Below, piece by piece: positions 8,730 to 17,792 of a DNA stretch of 40,795 nucleotides. This DNA is from a virus (Duplodnaviria > Caudoviricetes). The translations under genes and the position numbers were made by a program. The notes under the pieces were generated by a model. It saw only the letters and a list, made by a program, of their open reading frames with translations. It had not been told where the DNA came from and did no database searches. Each line of letters starts with the position of its first letter. Position 1 is the stretch's first letter. Location of the stretch: positions 1-40,795 of the IMG/VR virus record IMGVR_UViG_3300031184_000003. One strand, written 5' to 3'.

Positions 8730-9212
8730 TCACGGGCGGCGCATGCGCTGCGCCATGCGGCCAGGTGATTGACCCAGCCCACCCTGCAGTGCGCGCATCA
8801 GGAGCTGCATCTGCGCCGGGTTCATCTGCGAGCCGGCGCCGCCAGGCTGGCCTGGTGCGCCGCCGCTCTTGCCGCCTGGTGGCTTCGGAGCGCCCATCTC
8901 GCCCTCGCGCACGACGCTGTTGGGGTCCATGCGCTGCGAGAGCTGCGCAGAGGCTCCAGGCGGCATCTGGCCGCCCTTGCCACCGCCACCCCCGCCCATG
9001 CCGGGCGGCTGCATTGGGGGCATGCCTGGTGGCATCTGGGGGCCACCGGCTTGCATGCCGGGCGGCGCGGCGCCGCCCTTGCCGCCGCCTGGCATCGGCA
9101 GTGACTGCATGAGCTGCTGCGGGCTGGGCGGCATCGGCAAGCCGCCAGGCATCGGCAGGCCACCCATGCCGCCAGGCATCGGCAGACCGGGCATTGCGCC
9201 ACCTGTAGACAT
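8730..9212 (-). CDS. Gly/Pro/Met-rich low-complexity protein (160 aa)
   Basis: AAGGAG RBS before ATG 9212; fills the gap between the GNAT and pilot genes; GLPMP repeats; contains DPNSVVREGE. Confidence 0.7.
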   Translation of the reverse strand: MSTGGAMPGLPMPGGMGGLPMPGGLPMPPSPQQLMQSLPMPGGGKGGAAPPGMQAGGPQMPPGMPPMQPPGMGGGGGGKGGQMPPGASAQLSQRMDPNSVVREGEMGAPKPPGGKSGGAPGQPGGAGSQMNPAQMQLLMRALQGGLGQSPGRMAQRMRRP

Positions 9213-9223
9213 GGTGTGCTCCT

Positions 9224-9664
9224 TCAGTGAGGTTTGAGCCAGCGGCACTCGCCGCGCAGCATCTGCAACACGTTGAGGTCACCATCGATTCCGCCGTTGG
9301 GGATCGTGGCAATCTGCTTGAAGCCGAGCTTCAGATCGAAGCTCATCGCCGCATCGTTTTTGCTGTCCACCAGGCCGAGCACCGCGTTGCAGTTGCACAG
9401 CTCGAAGGGGAAGCGGAAGCTCTCGCGCACGATGCGCGGCGTGAGCCGCTCGGGCGCTTGGATCACCACGTGCATGCAACACGTGCGCCCGATAAATGCG
9501 TTGTAGCCAACTGCGACGGCGACGTGGTCCATGCTCATCGCGCTGCTCGCGTGCTCTTCTGGCACCCACAGCGCGCCGCGAAAGTCGGCGCTGTTGTGCA
9601 GCGCCAGCTTCGCGTGCATGAACTCCCACACGCGTTGCGAGTCGTTGGTCACCAGGAGGGTCAC
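9224..9664 (-). CDS. GNAT-family acetyltransferase of the virion module
   Basis: GTGA coupling to the upstream stop; VLGLVDSKNDAAMSFDLKLGF RimJ/RimL-like motif; ECRWL C-terminus. Confidence 0.75.
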   Translation of the reverse strand: MTLLVTNDSQRVWEFMHAKLALHNSADFRGALWVPEEHASSAMSMDHVAVAVGYNAFIGRTCCMHVVIQAPERLTPRIVRESFRFPFELCNCNAVLGLVDSKNDAAMSFDLKLGFKQIATIPNGGIDGDLNVLQMLRGECRWLKPH

Positions 9665-11325
9665 AGGGGCCCTCCGGGCTTCACCATGTACTCGAAGCTC
9701 ACCAGCGTGGTTTTCTCTTCGCTGCTGACGTACACCGATGGCGCCAGCGAGTAGCCCATGCGCTCGACGCTGCGCCACTCGCCGAACGCACGCCGGCCAC
9801 CGGCCCAAAAGTCTTGATTCCAAAACGCTTGGTTCCACAGCGAGCCGACGCTGCCGCCCGCCACCGCTGCGGCGAAGATCGGATTCACTTCGAAGTCGGC
9901 ATTCATCTGCACGATGTAGGCCGGGTTCGCGTTCGCCAGGAAACGCAGCCGCACCATCAGCGCTTGCTTGACCACCGTCGGCAGCCCGAGGTAGTTGAAG
10001 GCGGGCGTGAGGCGCGAGCGAATCTCGTGCGCGCCAGTGCCATCGAGCAGCTTGCCGTCGGTGAAGCCGTCGAACACGCGCAGCACCCTGCCGTCGCTGG
10101 TGCCCGCGTAAATCTCACTGAGGCGCCGCGAGAAGGTGATGGCGGGCACGTCGAGCAGCCGCGACCATGCCGTCGAGTGCAGTTGAAAGGCGTATTGGAT
10201 AAACGAGTTGGCCGCGATGCTCGGGCGCGCGATGTGCAGCAGCGCGAGCGAGGGGAACGATGTCAGCTCCCAGCCCTCGGTGGCGAGCAGAAACTGGAAG
10301 TCCTGATTCAGCGCACCCTGCAGCTTGCGCAGTTGCTTGAGCAGCGAGGTATCGCTGGTCAGGATGTTGTCCAGGCCGCCCTGCACAACCTGGTTCACCG
10401 GGATGACGCCGTACTGCGTCAGCACGTAGACGTTGCCGCCATCGCTGGTGAAGCAGCGCCGGCCAACGGGCGGCGTGCCGATGTACCACACGCCCACGTT
10501 GGCGAACTTCGCCGCGTCGGTGGGGTCGGTGCCCTCGTAGATGACGAGGTCGCCGCTGGTGCTGATGATGACGAGCCGGTCGTCGATGCCGGCGCCCGCG
10601 TCTTGCGTCCAGTTGCACAGCGCGAGCACGCTGCCGCCGCCGATGAGCTGCGGGCCGAAGTCGAACACCTTCGCCAGGCCGCCGACGCTCTCGATGGGCA
10701 GCGACCACATCTCGCCGCTCGCGCGCTTGACGAACAGCAGGCGCTTCTTCCAGGCGCACACCTGCACGAAGTCCACCGGGTTGACGCCCGTCACGATGCC
10801 GGGGCCCGGCCCGCCGACGCTGGTCATCTTCATCCAGGTCAAGCCGTTGAAGAGGAAACCGCCGTCCGTTTCACTGCAGGCCACCAGGTAGTGCGCGCCA
10901 CCGGCTGCAGTGAACTGCACCCAGTTGAAAACGCCAGCGCCGGGTGTCCCGCTGAGCGCGATGGCAGGCACGAGCGCCGAGAGGTCGCCGCCGCCCTCGA
11001 CGTTGTAGATGCCGTGATCGGTGGCCGCGAACAGGATCGAAGTAGCGAGCGGCGACACCAGCGAGGTCGGCGGCGCGCCTTCCCAGCTCATCACGCTCTT
11101 CACTGCGTTCAAGCTGTCGATGCCGGTCGCGTACTCGTACCAGCCGCCGCGCACCGTGAGGCCAAGCTCGGTGCTGATGAGGTTGTCAATCTCCACCGCA
11201 TCGGTGGGCGGCATGTCCGCTGCCGAGCTGACGGTGTTCAAGCCCAGCGTTGGCGCTGGCGTTGTGAGCAGCCGCTGGATCGTTCCCTGCGGCATGCGGC
11301 GCGGGCGCGCGCGAGTCTGCAGCAC
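9661..11325 (-). CDS. Tail tubular B / packaged-DNA stabilisation protein (beta-propeller-like)
   Basis: PAPTLGLN start, GDLVIYEGTDP motif, beta-rich 554 aa; follows the adaptor gene. Confidence 0.75.
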   Translation of the reverse strand: MLQTRARPRRMPQGTIQRLLTTPAPTLGLNTVSSAADMPPTDAVEIDNLISTELGLTVRGGWYEYATGIDSLNAVKSVMSWEGAPPTSLVSPLATSILFAATDHGIYNVEGGGDLSALVPAIALSGTPGAGVFNWVQFTAAGGAHYLVACSETDGGFLFNGLTWMKMTSVGGPGPGIVTGVNPVDFVQVCAWKKRLLFVKRASGEMWSLPIESVGGLAKVFDFGPQLIGGGSVLALCNWTQDAGAGIDDRLVIISTSGDLVIYEGTDPTDAAKFANVGVWYIGTPPVGRRCFTSDGGNVYVLTQYGVIPVNQVVQGGLDNILTSDTSLLKQLRKLQGALNQDFQFLLATEGWELTSFPSLALLHIARPSIAANSFIQYAFQLHSTAWSRLLDVPAITFSRRLSEIYAGTSDGRVLRVFDGFTDGKLLDGTGAHEIRSRLTPAFNYLGLPTVVKQALMVRLRFLANANPAYIVQMNADFEVNPIFAAAVAGGSVGSLWNQAFWNQDFWAGGRRAFGEWRSVERMGYSLAPSVYVSSEEKTTLVSFEYMVKPGGPL

Positions 11326-11327
11326 GC

Positions 11328-12080
11328 TTACACCCCGTACCCGGTGTCAGGCAGGTTGTAGTTCGTGTTGATGAGCGGATACGTCGCGCTGTACGTGGCG
11401 CTCAGTACGGGCGCATCCTGGTCGGCACAAATGGCCGCCTCTTCGAGCCCGTTGTACTCACCCTGCGCGGCTGTGGTGTCGAAGCCCTTCGCGGTGAGGA
11501 AGGCCAGCTTGAGCTTGGCTTCGATCAGCTCGTTGTCGTAGAGGATGACATCGTCATCCTTCTCGATGAAGTCGCGGTACTCGGTGGGCGACGCGTTGGC
11601 ATCGCGGACCCAGCCGCGCGAGCTGTAGTCGATGATGAGCGTTTGCGGCTGGCTCGGTGCTGCGTACAGCTCGAACTTCGAGCCGCGCGTGCGATAGACG
11701 ATGCTGATGGTCGAGGGCCCGAGGCCGCGCGCCAACAGCGCATTCCACTGCGCATCGAGCGCGGGCCCGAGCAGCGGCAGCCGCGCACTCATGTTCCAGC
11801 CGGTCAAATCTTCGAACGAATCCCAATCGCTCGGCATGTCGTACTGCGTCTGCGCCGGGATGGTGACTAGGGTCCACGTGCGCAGCAGCGCAGTCCACCG
11901 CCAGCCGCTGGTGGGCTTGATGAGCTGACGCCCGCACCAGGTGAGCAGGCGCTGCATCTGCTGCGCTGTCACGTCGCCCACCGATGCCGCGACCACCGTG
12001 GGCACGGGGAGGCCGAGCTGCCCGAGCACCTGCTGGATTACCTCCAGCGAGGTCGGCTGCTTCATCGTCAGGGTAGGCAC
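11328..12080 (-). CDS. Tail tubular A / head-tail adaptor
   Basis: LGLPVP..V, YDMPSDWD, LKLAFLTAKGFD, NLPDTGYG; position. Confidence 0.7.
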   Translation of the reverse strand: MPTLTMKQPTSLEVIQQVLGQLGLPVPTVVAASVGDVTAQQMQRLLTWCGRQLIKPTSGWRWTALLRTWTLVTIPAQTQYDMPSDWDSFEDLTGWNMSARLPLLGPALDAQWNALLARGLGPSTISIVYRTRGSKFELYAAPSQPQTLIIDYSSRGWVRDANASPTEYRDFIEKDDDVILYDNELIEAKLKLAFLTAKGFDTTAAQGEYNGLEEAAICADQDAPVLSATYSATYPLINTNYNLPDTGYGV

Positions 12081-12082
12081 GG

Positions 12083-12688
12083 CTACGCCTTCGCGCGCTC
12101 ACCCTTGAGCTTCTCGATGATGGCGGCCTGCTCGCGCACGGCATGCTCCAGCGAATCGATGCGGCTCTTCTGGTCGTCCAGCGTCTTTTGCTGCATCGCG
12201 GCCTCGGCGCTGTTCTTTGCCTTGCCCAGCCAGGCGTGCGCGTTTTTCTTCAGCGACACCAGGCCGGGGAAGCGCAGCGCCACGTCATCGCGCACCTCGG
12301 CGAGCTGCTCGACGGTGCGCACGCCGACGTAACGCAGCTCTTCGCACTGCCCGCGAGTGAGGAAAGGCCAGTCAGTCAGGCGCGTGCCCGTAATCTGGTC
12401 CTCTTCCTTCATGCCCTGCTTGAACATGCCGTACTGCTTGGCGAAGCGCTGCTTGTCTTGCGCCGAGGCAGGGCGCACCACCACGTTGTTGCGGTCGCCT
12501 GGCACGATGATGCGCAGGCACTCCACGTCATCGAAGATCGGTCGCCCCTCGGTGATGCTCTTGCCTTCGTTCTGGATCGCGTCCATGAAGAAAACGACGA
12601 AGAGCTGCTCATCACCCGCGAAGGGCTTTTGAAACGCTTCGGCCTCGGGGGTCGGGCCCCACACCGTAGGGCTGAACTGGTCATGCAT
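12083..12688 (-). CDS. Conserved phage protein (201 aa)
   Basis: EGRPIFDDVE..I.VPGD, GTRLTDWP, HhH-like GVRTVEQLA, C-terminal coiled coil; GAGG RBS. Confidence 0.75.
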   Translation of the reverse strand: MHDQFSPTVWGPTPEAEAFQKPFAGDEQLFVVFFMDAIQNEGKSITEGRPIFDDVECLRIIVPGDRNNVVVRPASAQDKQRFAKQYGMFKQGMKEEDQITGTRLTDWPFLTRGQCEELRYVGVRTVEQLAEVRDDVALRFPGLVSLKKNAHAWLGKAKNSAEAAMQQKTLDDQKSRIDSLEHAVREQAAIIEKLKGERAKA

Positions 12689-12702
12689 GTTTGATCCTCG
12701 CG

Positions 12703-13038
12703 TTAGGGTGCGACAGCCCACAACGAGCCGCCGACCGGGCAGGCCTTGCCCGTGTGATTGAGTGACGTGCTGCCAGGCATCGCCGCGCCATCGGCAATCG
12801 GCGCCGCGCTGTCGTTGAGCCGGAAGCTCACCGCCTTGCCGGCAAAGCCGATGGCGTTCATCGCTGGCGCGCCGCCACCGATGCGCCACGCCACGGCGGC
12901 GACGGTCGGGGTGAAGTCGGCCAGGTCGGGCGGGCCCATCACGCTGTTGATGCCGATACCGATGCCGGTGCTGAGTGCGCCGCTGCCTTGCGTTGCGTCG
13001 GGGTCGTAGACCGCGCCGGCTTGTCCTGTTGCTGCCAT
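12703..13038 (-). CDS. Putative capsid decoration/structural protein (111 aa)
   Basis: AGGAG RBS; small Ala/Gly-rich protein downstream of the capsid gene. Confidence 0.6.
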   Translation of the reverse strand: MAATGQAGAVYDPDATQGSGALSTGIGIGINSVMGPPDLADFTPTVAAVAWRIGGGAPAMNAIGFAGKAVSFRLNDSAAPIADGAAMPGSTSLNHTGKACPVGGSLWAVAP

Positions 13039-13048
13039 GTCGTTGCTC

Positions 13049-13285
13049 CTACGGACGCACGAGGCGGTCGCGCCAGGTGCGCGCAAACGGGTCGAGGTCG
13101 GGGTCCGGGGTAGAGCCCTCGCCGAGCGCGAACGGCGCGCCTGGCGGGGCGTCAGGTGGGTCCACAACCCATGCGAGTTGTGGCGCTACGTCGGTCACGA
13201 CGTAGACATCGGTCTTGCCGTCAGCGTTGGTGTCAATCTCGGTGACCGAGTCCTCGGCGCCGACGTTGAGCCTGCGAGTAGCCAT
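13049..13285 (-). CDS. Hypothetical acidic protein (78 aa)
   Basis: CAGGAG RBS before ATG 13285. Confidence 0.65.
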   Translation of the reverse strand: MATRRLNVGAEDSVTEIDTNADGKTDVYVVTDVAPQLAWVVDPPDAPPGAPFALGEGSTPDPDLDPFARTWRDRLVRP

Positions 13286-13370
13286 CGGGTGCTCCTGTTC
13301 AAAAGAGCCCCGAGCCACTCTGAATAACTCGGGGCAATGGCACGCGGGCGCGTAGCCCGCTCTGCGAGGA

Positions 13371-14336
13371 TCACGGCGAGATGAGGCGGCCTTGAAATTG
13401 CGAGCCGCTCGCGGTGAGGTTGCCGGCCCAGCCAATGAGCTGCACCTCTGCGTCTTGGTTGATGGCGTAGCGCTTGTTAGGCGACAGCGGCACCATGTTG
13501 CGGTCGCTGTGCGGGCGCCAGAAGAGGTACTTCGTGTTGAGGAAGTACGCGGTTTTCGCCACCGCGAAGCCACCGATGCCGCCGTCGAGCACGACATCGG
13601 CATCCATGTACTTGATGGTCGGGAAACCGAGCTTGCCTGTCTCGGTGCCGGTGAAGCGCTGCTGCGCCTGCAGTGAGGCGAGGTAGACGCCCCACATGAA
13701 GTTGTCCACGACGATCAGGTCGGGCCGATCCATGCCGCGCACCAGCGACGCCCACATCGCATTGAAGGCGTCCTGAATCGTCGCCTTGTCGAGCGCGGCG
13801 CCTGCGGTCGTGGTCTTGCTGCGCCAGAATACCCAGGTCGCGCGGTCGATGCCGCCGTAGACGCCTACCAGCGGGTTCACAGGGACAGCGGCATTGAGGC
13901 CGACCACCTGCTTGCCGCCTGCGGCTGTGCCGTCGCTGTACACGCCAGCGGCCAGCAGATTCATCATCGAAGATTCAGCGACCTTGATGCGACCTTCGAG
14001 CAGGTCGATCATCTGCTGCTGGCCTGCGTTGCGCAGTTGGTCCAGCCCGCTGATGGTCACCGCGCACGCGGCCTGCTTGAAGTCGTACTGCGCCGAGCTG
14101 ATGACATCCTGCGCCGCGACGGGCAGCAGGTCGTAGCCCGAGTACCAGCCGACATTCGCGTTTTCGGCAAAGCTCAGCTCTTCGAAGATCACGCTGCCGC
14201 CGCTGACTGTGCGGACGTTGCCGCGCTCGTTCAGGCGCGCCAGCAGTGCGTTGTTTTTGGTGACGTTGTCGGCGAGCTTCTTCGAGCGCGCCTCAATCGT
14301 CGTGGCGACGATGTCGGTGACGTTTGGGAATGCCAC
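13371..14336 (-). CDS. Major capsid protein (321 aa)
   Basis: AFPNVTDIVATTIE.RS..LADNVTKNNALL, YSGYDLL, YGGIDR, YFLNTKY; GGAGG RBS; follows the scaffold gene. Confidence 0.9.
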   Translation of the reverse strand: MAFPNVTDIVATTIEARSKKLADNVTKNNALLARLNERGNVRTVSGGSVIFEELSFAENANVGWYSGYDLLPVAAQDVISSAQYDFKQAACAVTISGLDQLRNAGQQQMIDLLEGRIKVAESSMMNLLAAGVYSDGTAAGGKQVVGLNAAVPVNPLVGVYGGIDRATWVFWRSKTTTAGAALDKATIQDAFNAMWASLVRGMDRPDLIVVDNFMWGVYLASLQAQQRFTGTETGKLGFPTIKYMDADVVLDGGIGGFAVAKTAYFLNTKYLFWRPHSDRNMVPLSPNKRYAINQDAEVQLIGWAGNLTASGSQFQGRLISP

Positions 14337-14455
14337 GGTTGGCCTCCAATGGGTTGCATGACGCGACCTGTTTGGAGATGGCCCAGCGGGTTCATCCGCG
14401 CCGGTCTAGTGGCGCTGTGAACCGGATGGGCCCGTGGGCTTCCGGGGTGAGCCGC

Positions 14456-15595
14456 TCAGCTCGCGCCGTGCTGCTCGATGGCGGCTTCGAGTGCCGCGCG
14501 TACTGAGTCGTCCCTCGGGACCGAGCCACCAGTGTCTGGTGCGCTGTCGCCCTTCACGCTCGCCGCTGCCCGCTTGGCTCGAAGTACCGCAGGAGACGTA
14601 GCGCCGTTGCTTCGCGCACCGGCACCGCCTCGCTGGGTGAGGATGCTAGACACACCATCGTGCATCTGGCAAGCGTGCGCGTAGATTTTTTCGAGGTCGA
14701 TGGGCTGGCGCTGTCGCGCGCGCACCTCGACCAGGTCGGCCATGATGCCGGCCACGTCAGCGTAGAACTCGTGCGCCTGGCCGAAGGCCAGGAGCTGCTG
14801 GCCCATCTGCTGATCCTCCTGCTGCGCGAGCTGGTTCAAGTAATACTGCTGCTGCTGCAGGATGTGATCGACGCGCGGATCGTGCACCGGACCCTGCTGC
14901 TGCGGCATCGGCGCCTGGCCGCCGTTGCGCTTGTCGGGCGGCGTCAGCTCCCAGTCCAGCATGTTCAGGTCTACACCGTGCTGGCGGATGAGGTTGGCGA
15001 TGATGCCTACCTTGTTCTGCGGCGAGCCCACGCGCAGCTCGGCAGCGGTCTGCATCACGTACTGCACCGCCTGCAGCGGGTTCACGCCCTCCTGACGCAT
15101 GAACACCTCGTAAGGTGCCACCACGCGCTCGAAGGCCTGCGTGAAGCCGCGTTCGTTGGCTGTGGCCTGAAGCAGGTGCTGCATCTCGTACTCGCGGCGC
15201 ATCACCTCCTGGCGTGCGCCAGGCGGCACCTGGTTCCACAGCTCGCGCGCTTCGGGGCGCCAGCTCGCGGGCGGCTTCAGCTCTTGCGCGGCCTGCGGCT
15301 GGGGCGCTGCTGTGGGTAGCCCCGGCGCTCGCGCAGGCGCAGCCGGCGCACCAGCAGCCGCAGGCTCTGCATCCTTCGCTGCCGCGGGTGCGAATCGACC
15401 CGAGGCGTCACGAGCACGGCCATCGCCTTGCGGCTGCTGCGGCGCAGCCTGCGCAGGCGGCGCAGGTGCCGCAGCTTCACCGCCAGCGGCAGGAGTGTGT
15501 GCGGGTTCGTTGGTTGCATGCTGTGCAAAAGCTGCGTCGAGCGTGTCGCGCAGGCTGTCCTCTTCGGGGGGTGCGGGTTCAATGTCGGTGGGCAT
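14456..15595 (-). CDS. Capsid scaffolding protein
   Basis: RDASGRFA, PPASW, Ala/Pro/Gln-rich; SLRDTLDAAF and SVRAALEAAI at the two ends; directly upstream of the capsid gene. Confidence 0.8.
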   Translation of the reverse strand: MPTDIEPAPPEEDSLRDTLDAAFAQHATNEPAHTPAAGGEAAAPAPPAQAAPQQPQGDGRARDASGRFAPAAAKDAEPAAAGAPAAPARAPGLPTAAPQPQAAQELKPPASWRPEARELWNQVPPGARQEVMRREYEMQHLLQATANERGFTQAFERVVAPYEVFMRQEGVNPLQAVQYVMQTAAELRVGSPQNKVGIIANLIRQHGVDLNMLDWELTPPDKRNGGQAPMPQQQGPVHDPRVDHILQQQQYYLNQLAQQEDQQMGQQLLAFGQAHEFYADVAGIMADLVEVRARQRQPIDLEKIYAHACQMHDGVSSILTQRGGAGARSNGATSPAVLRAKRAAASVKGDSAPDTGGSVPRDDSVRAALEAAIEQHGAS

Positions 15596-15648
15596 CTTAG
15601 ACTCCGATGTCCTCTGTGGCACGCGTTGAATGCGCCGTGGCGCACTGT

Positions 15649-15664
15649 TGGTTCACGTGAAACG
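15649..15664. promoter_or_regulatory. parS-like site 1
   Basis: TGGTTCACGTGAAACG, 14/16 match to TGTTNCACGTGAAACA; intergenic. Confidence 0.5.
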
Positions 15665-17791
15665 TCATTGCGTCTCTTCCTGCTGGCCCGCGCGCAGCTT
15701 GGCCGCCAGCGCGCCAGCGCCGGCCATGCCGAGCACGCCGAACAATGGCGAGCCGACATTGCCCCAGCTCTTCGCTGCGGCCTCGGCCTGCTCGGGAGTA
15801 GCCTGTTCGAGCCAGCGGTAGACGGCGCCGCGCATCACGCTCTTGGGGCCGACCTTCGATTCCTCGACGCGTGGCGACACCTCGCGCAGGCGCTTGGCGA
15901 TGGCGTCAGCGCTCACGGGCTCGCCCTTGATGTGGAAGGTGCTGCCGTCGAAAGTCACCGCGCCGGGGTCGGCGCGGCCACCGAGCCCGCCAGCGAGGCG
16001 CGCCTCGCTCTCGCCAGTCTCGGCTTGCCAGATACGGTCGCCAGGCGCGAACCCTGTGGCACGTGGCCGCGAGCCCGATGCAGTGCCGCTCACGCTGCGC
16101 GGGTTGATGCCGGTGCGCGCGTAGTTGCTCAGCGTGTTGCTGAGCATGCGAAACGCGTTGTCGCCGGTCAGCGAGTTGACGCCGATTTTCTCGCCGATCT
16201 TCGATGCGTGCGCCAGCTTGGTCTGGTAGAGAAGGGCGCCGGCCTTGCCGCCGCCCATCGCGCCCATCGTCGGGTAGTCGCCGTCGCCGTAGTGCACCGT
16301 GATGTTGCCGCCTTCGGGGCCACTCACGTACAGCTTCGTCTCTTGCGCTTCGCTCGGGTTGTAGTCGGGGTTTTCTTCCTCGGTGTATTTGATGTTGCCG
16401 CGCTCGTCGCGCATTGTCTCGCCGCCCTCGCTCTTCGCCAGCGGGTACTTTTCATTGCCGTACTCGTCGCGCTTCACTTCGCCGCCCTTGGCGCGGCGCT
16501 TGACCAGCAGCGGCTCCAGGTCTTGCGTCGGGCCCATCAGCTCCTTCCTCTTGACGTTGCCCTCGGGGTCGTACATCGGGTAATCGCCCCAGCCATGCTC
16601 CTTCGGCTCGTCGCTGTACTTGTAGTCGCCGTGCGGGTCGCGCATGTACTCGCCGCGCCCGTGCGTTTTCTCAGTCTCGATCTTGTAGGGCTCGTCGTAG
16701 TCCTCGTTGATGTCCTCGGTGACGCGGATGCGCTTGCCGGCGCGCTTGCCGAACACGTCGGCAAAATCTTCGAGGTCGCGCGCGCCCTCGGGCATCGTGC
16801 CGTACTGGAAGGCGCTCGGCTCGTCGCGGATGCTGCGCAGGAAGGCCGCAACCGATGCGGGCGGCTGGTCGGGGTCGATGCCGAATTGCTGATTCCACCA
16901 GTCGGCACCAGCGGGCGATTGCCCGCCGTAACGTTGAGAAGGCGGCATTGTCAGATCGTGGACCCAGCCGGGCTGGAGCACCTCGGGCGGCGGCGCGTTC
17001 ATCTCTTGCTTGGCCTCGCGTAGCTGGCGCACCAGGCCGCGCGAGGCACGGCGCAGGTCCACAGTCGCGGATGTATGCGGCAGGCTTTCCTTCAGCGTGA
17101 GCAGCTTCTCTTCGCGTTGAAACGACGGCCCGAGGCCTTCTTGCGGACTGCGGCCAGCGCGCAGCTCGGCGATGCGCGCCTTGTCTTGCGCGAGCCGCTC
17201 GGCGATCTGGTCCTCGCGCGCCTGGTCCATGCGCACCGTCACCTCGGCACGCTTCTGTGCCAGGTTAGGCGTGTCGTCTGGCAGGTCGTACAACCGCTGC
17301 CAATCGGCGCGCCCTTGCTTGAAGCGCTCGGTGGGCGTCAGCTCCAGGCCTGGCAGCACCTTTTGCTCGCCGAGGTCGATGCCGCCGCGCTGCAGCGCGC
17401 CCGCGGCGCGCGGCACCGCGGCATTCTCTGCGGCCCGAGCTGCGCCTCGGGCCGCAGCCGGCGCACCCTTCGCCGCCAGGCCGGCCATGCCGGCACCGGC
17501 ACCGAAGAGGTCGCTGGTTTCCTCGGGCACCTTGAAGGTCTGCAGCGTGGGCCCGCCGCCGATCAGCGGGCGCCCGTAGGCGACGCGGTCGAGCCCTTCG
17601 GGTGTCTTGCCCACCACTAGCTCGCCGAGGCTGGGCAGGTACTCGCGCAGCTTCTTGTCGAGCGGCGCGGTCGCCGGGTACATCTCGCCGACCTTGTCGA
17701 GCCCGCCGCGCGCACGGCGCAGCAGCTCGGCCAGCTTGAGCGCGAGCGGGTAGTCGGGCTCTTGAGCGCTGATGGTGTCGTATGTGGGCAT
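15665..17791 (-). CDS. Large polyvalent-type (probably injected) protein, 708 aa
   Basis: GGAGG RBS; mosaic organisation; RDxxG(N/D)xKY repeats; GNAT-like GGGKAGALLYQ segment. Confidence 0.6.
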   Translation of the reverse strand: MPTYDTISAQEPDYPLALKLAELLRRARGGLDKVGEMYPATAPLDKKLREYLPSLGELVVGKTPEGLDRVAYGRPLIGGGPTLQTFKVPEETSDLFGAGAGMAGLAAKGAPAAARGAARAAENAAVPRAAGALQRGGIDLGEQKVLPGLELTPTERFKQGRADWQRLYDLPDDTPNLAQKRAEVTVRMDQAREDQIAERLAQDKARIAELRAGRSPQEGLGPSFQREEKLLTLKESLPHTSATVDLRRASRGLVRQLREAKQEMNAPPPEVLQPGWVHDLTMPPSQRYGGQSPAGADWWNQQFGIDPDQPPASVAAFLRSIRDEPSAFQYGTMPEGARDLEDFADVFGKRAGKRIRVTEDINEDYDEPYKIETEKTHGRGEYMRDPHGDYKYSDEPKEHGWGDYPMYDPEGNVKRKELMGPTQDLEPLLVKRRAKGGEVKRDEYGNEKYPLAKSEGGETMRDERGNIKYTEEENPDYNPSEAQETKLYVSGPEGGNITVHYGDGDYPTMGAMGGGKAGALLYQTKLAHASKIGEKIGVNSLTGDNAFRMLSNTLSNYARTGINPRSVSGTASGSRPRATGFAPGDRIWQAETGESEARLAGGLGGRADPGAVTFDGSTFHIKGEPVSADAIAKRLREVSPRVEESKVGPKSVMRGAVYRWLEQATPEQAEAAAKSWGNVGSPLFGVLGMAGAGALAAKLRAGQQEETQ

Positions 17792-17792
17792 C

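Noticed and set aside
13049-13603. Programmed frameshift extending the capsid protein into the downstream ORF
   Set aside because: The +1 frame is open, but there is no convincing slippery site (CCG TGA), and the downstream gene has its own strong RBS.
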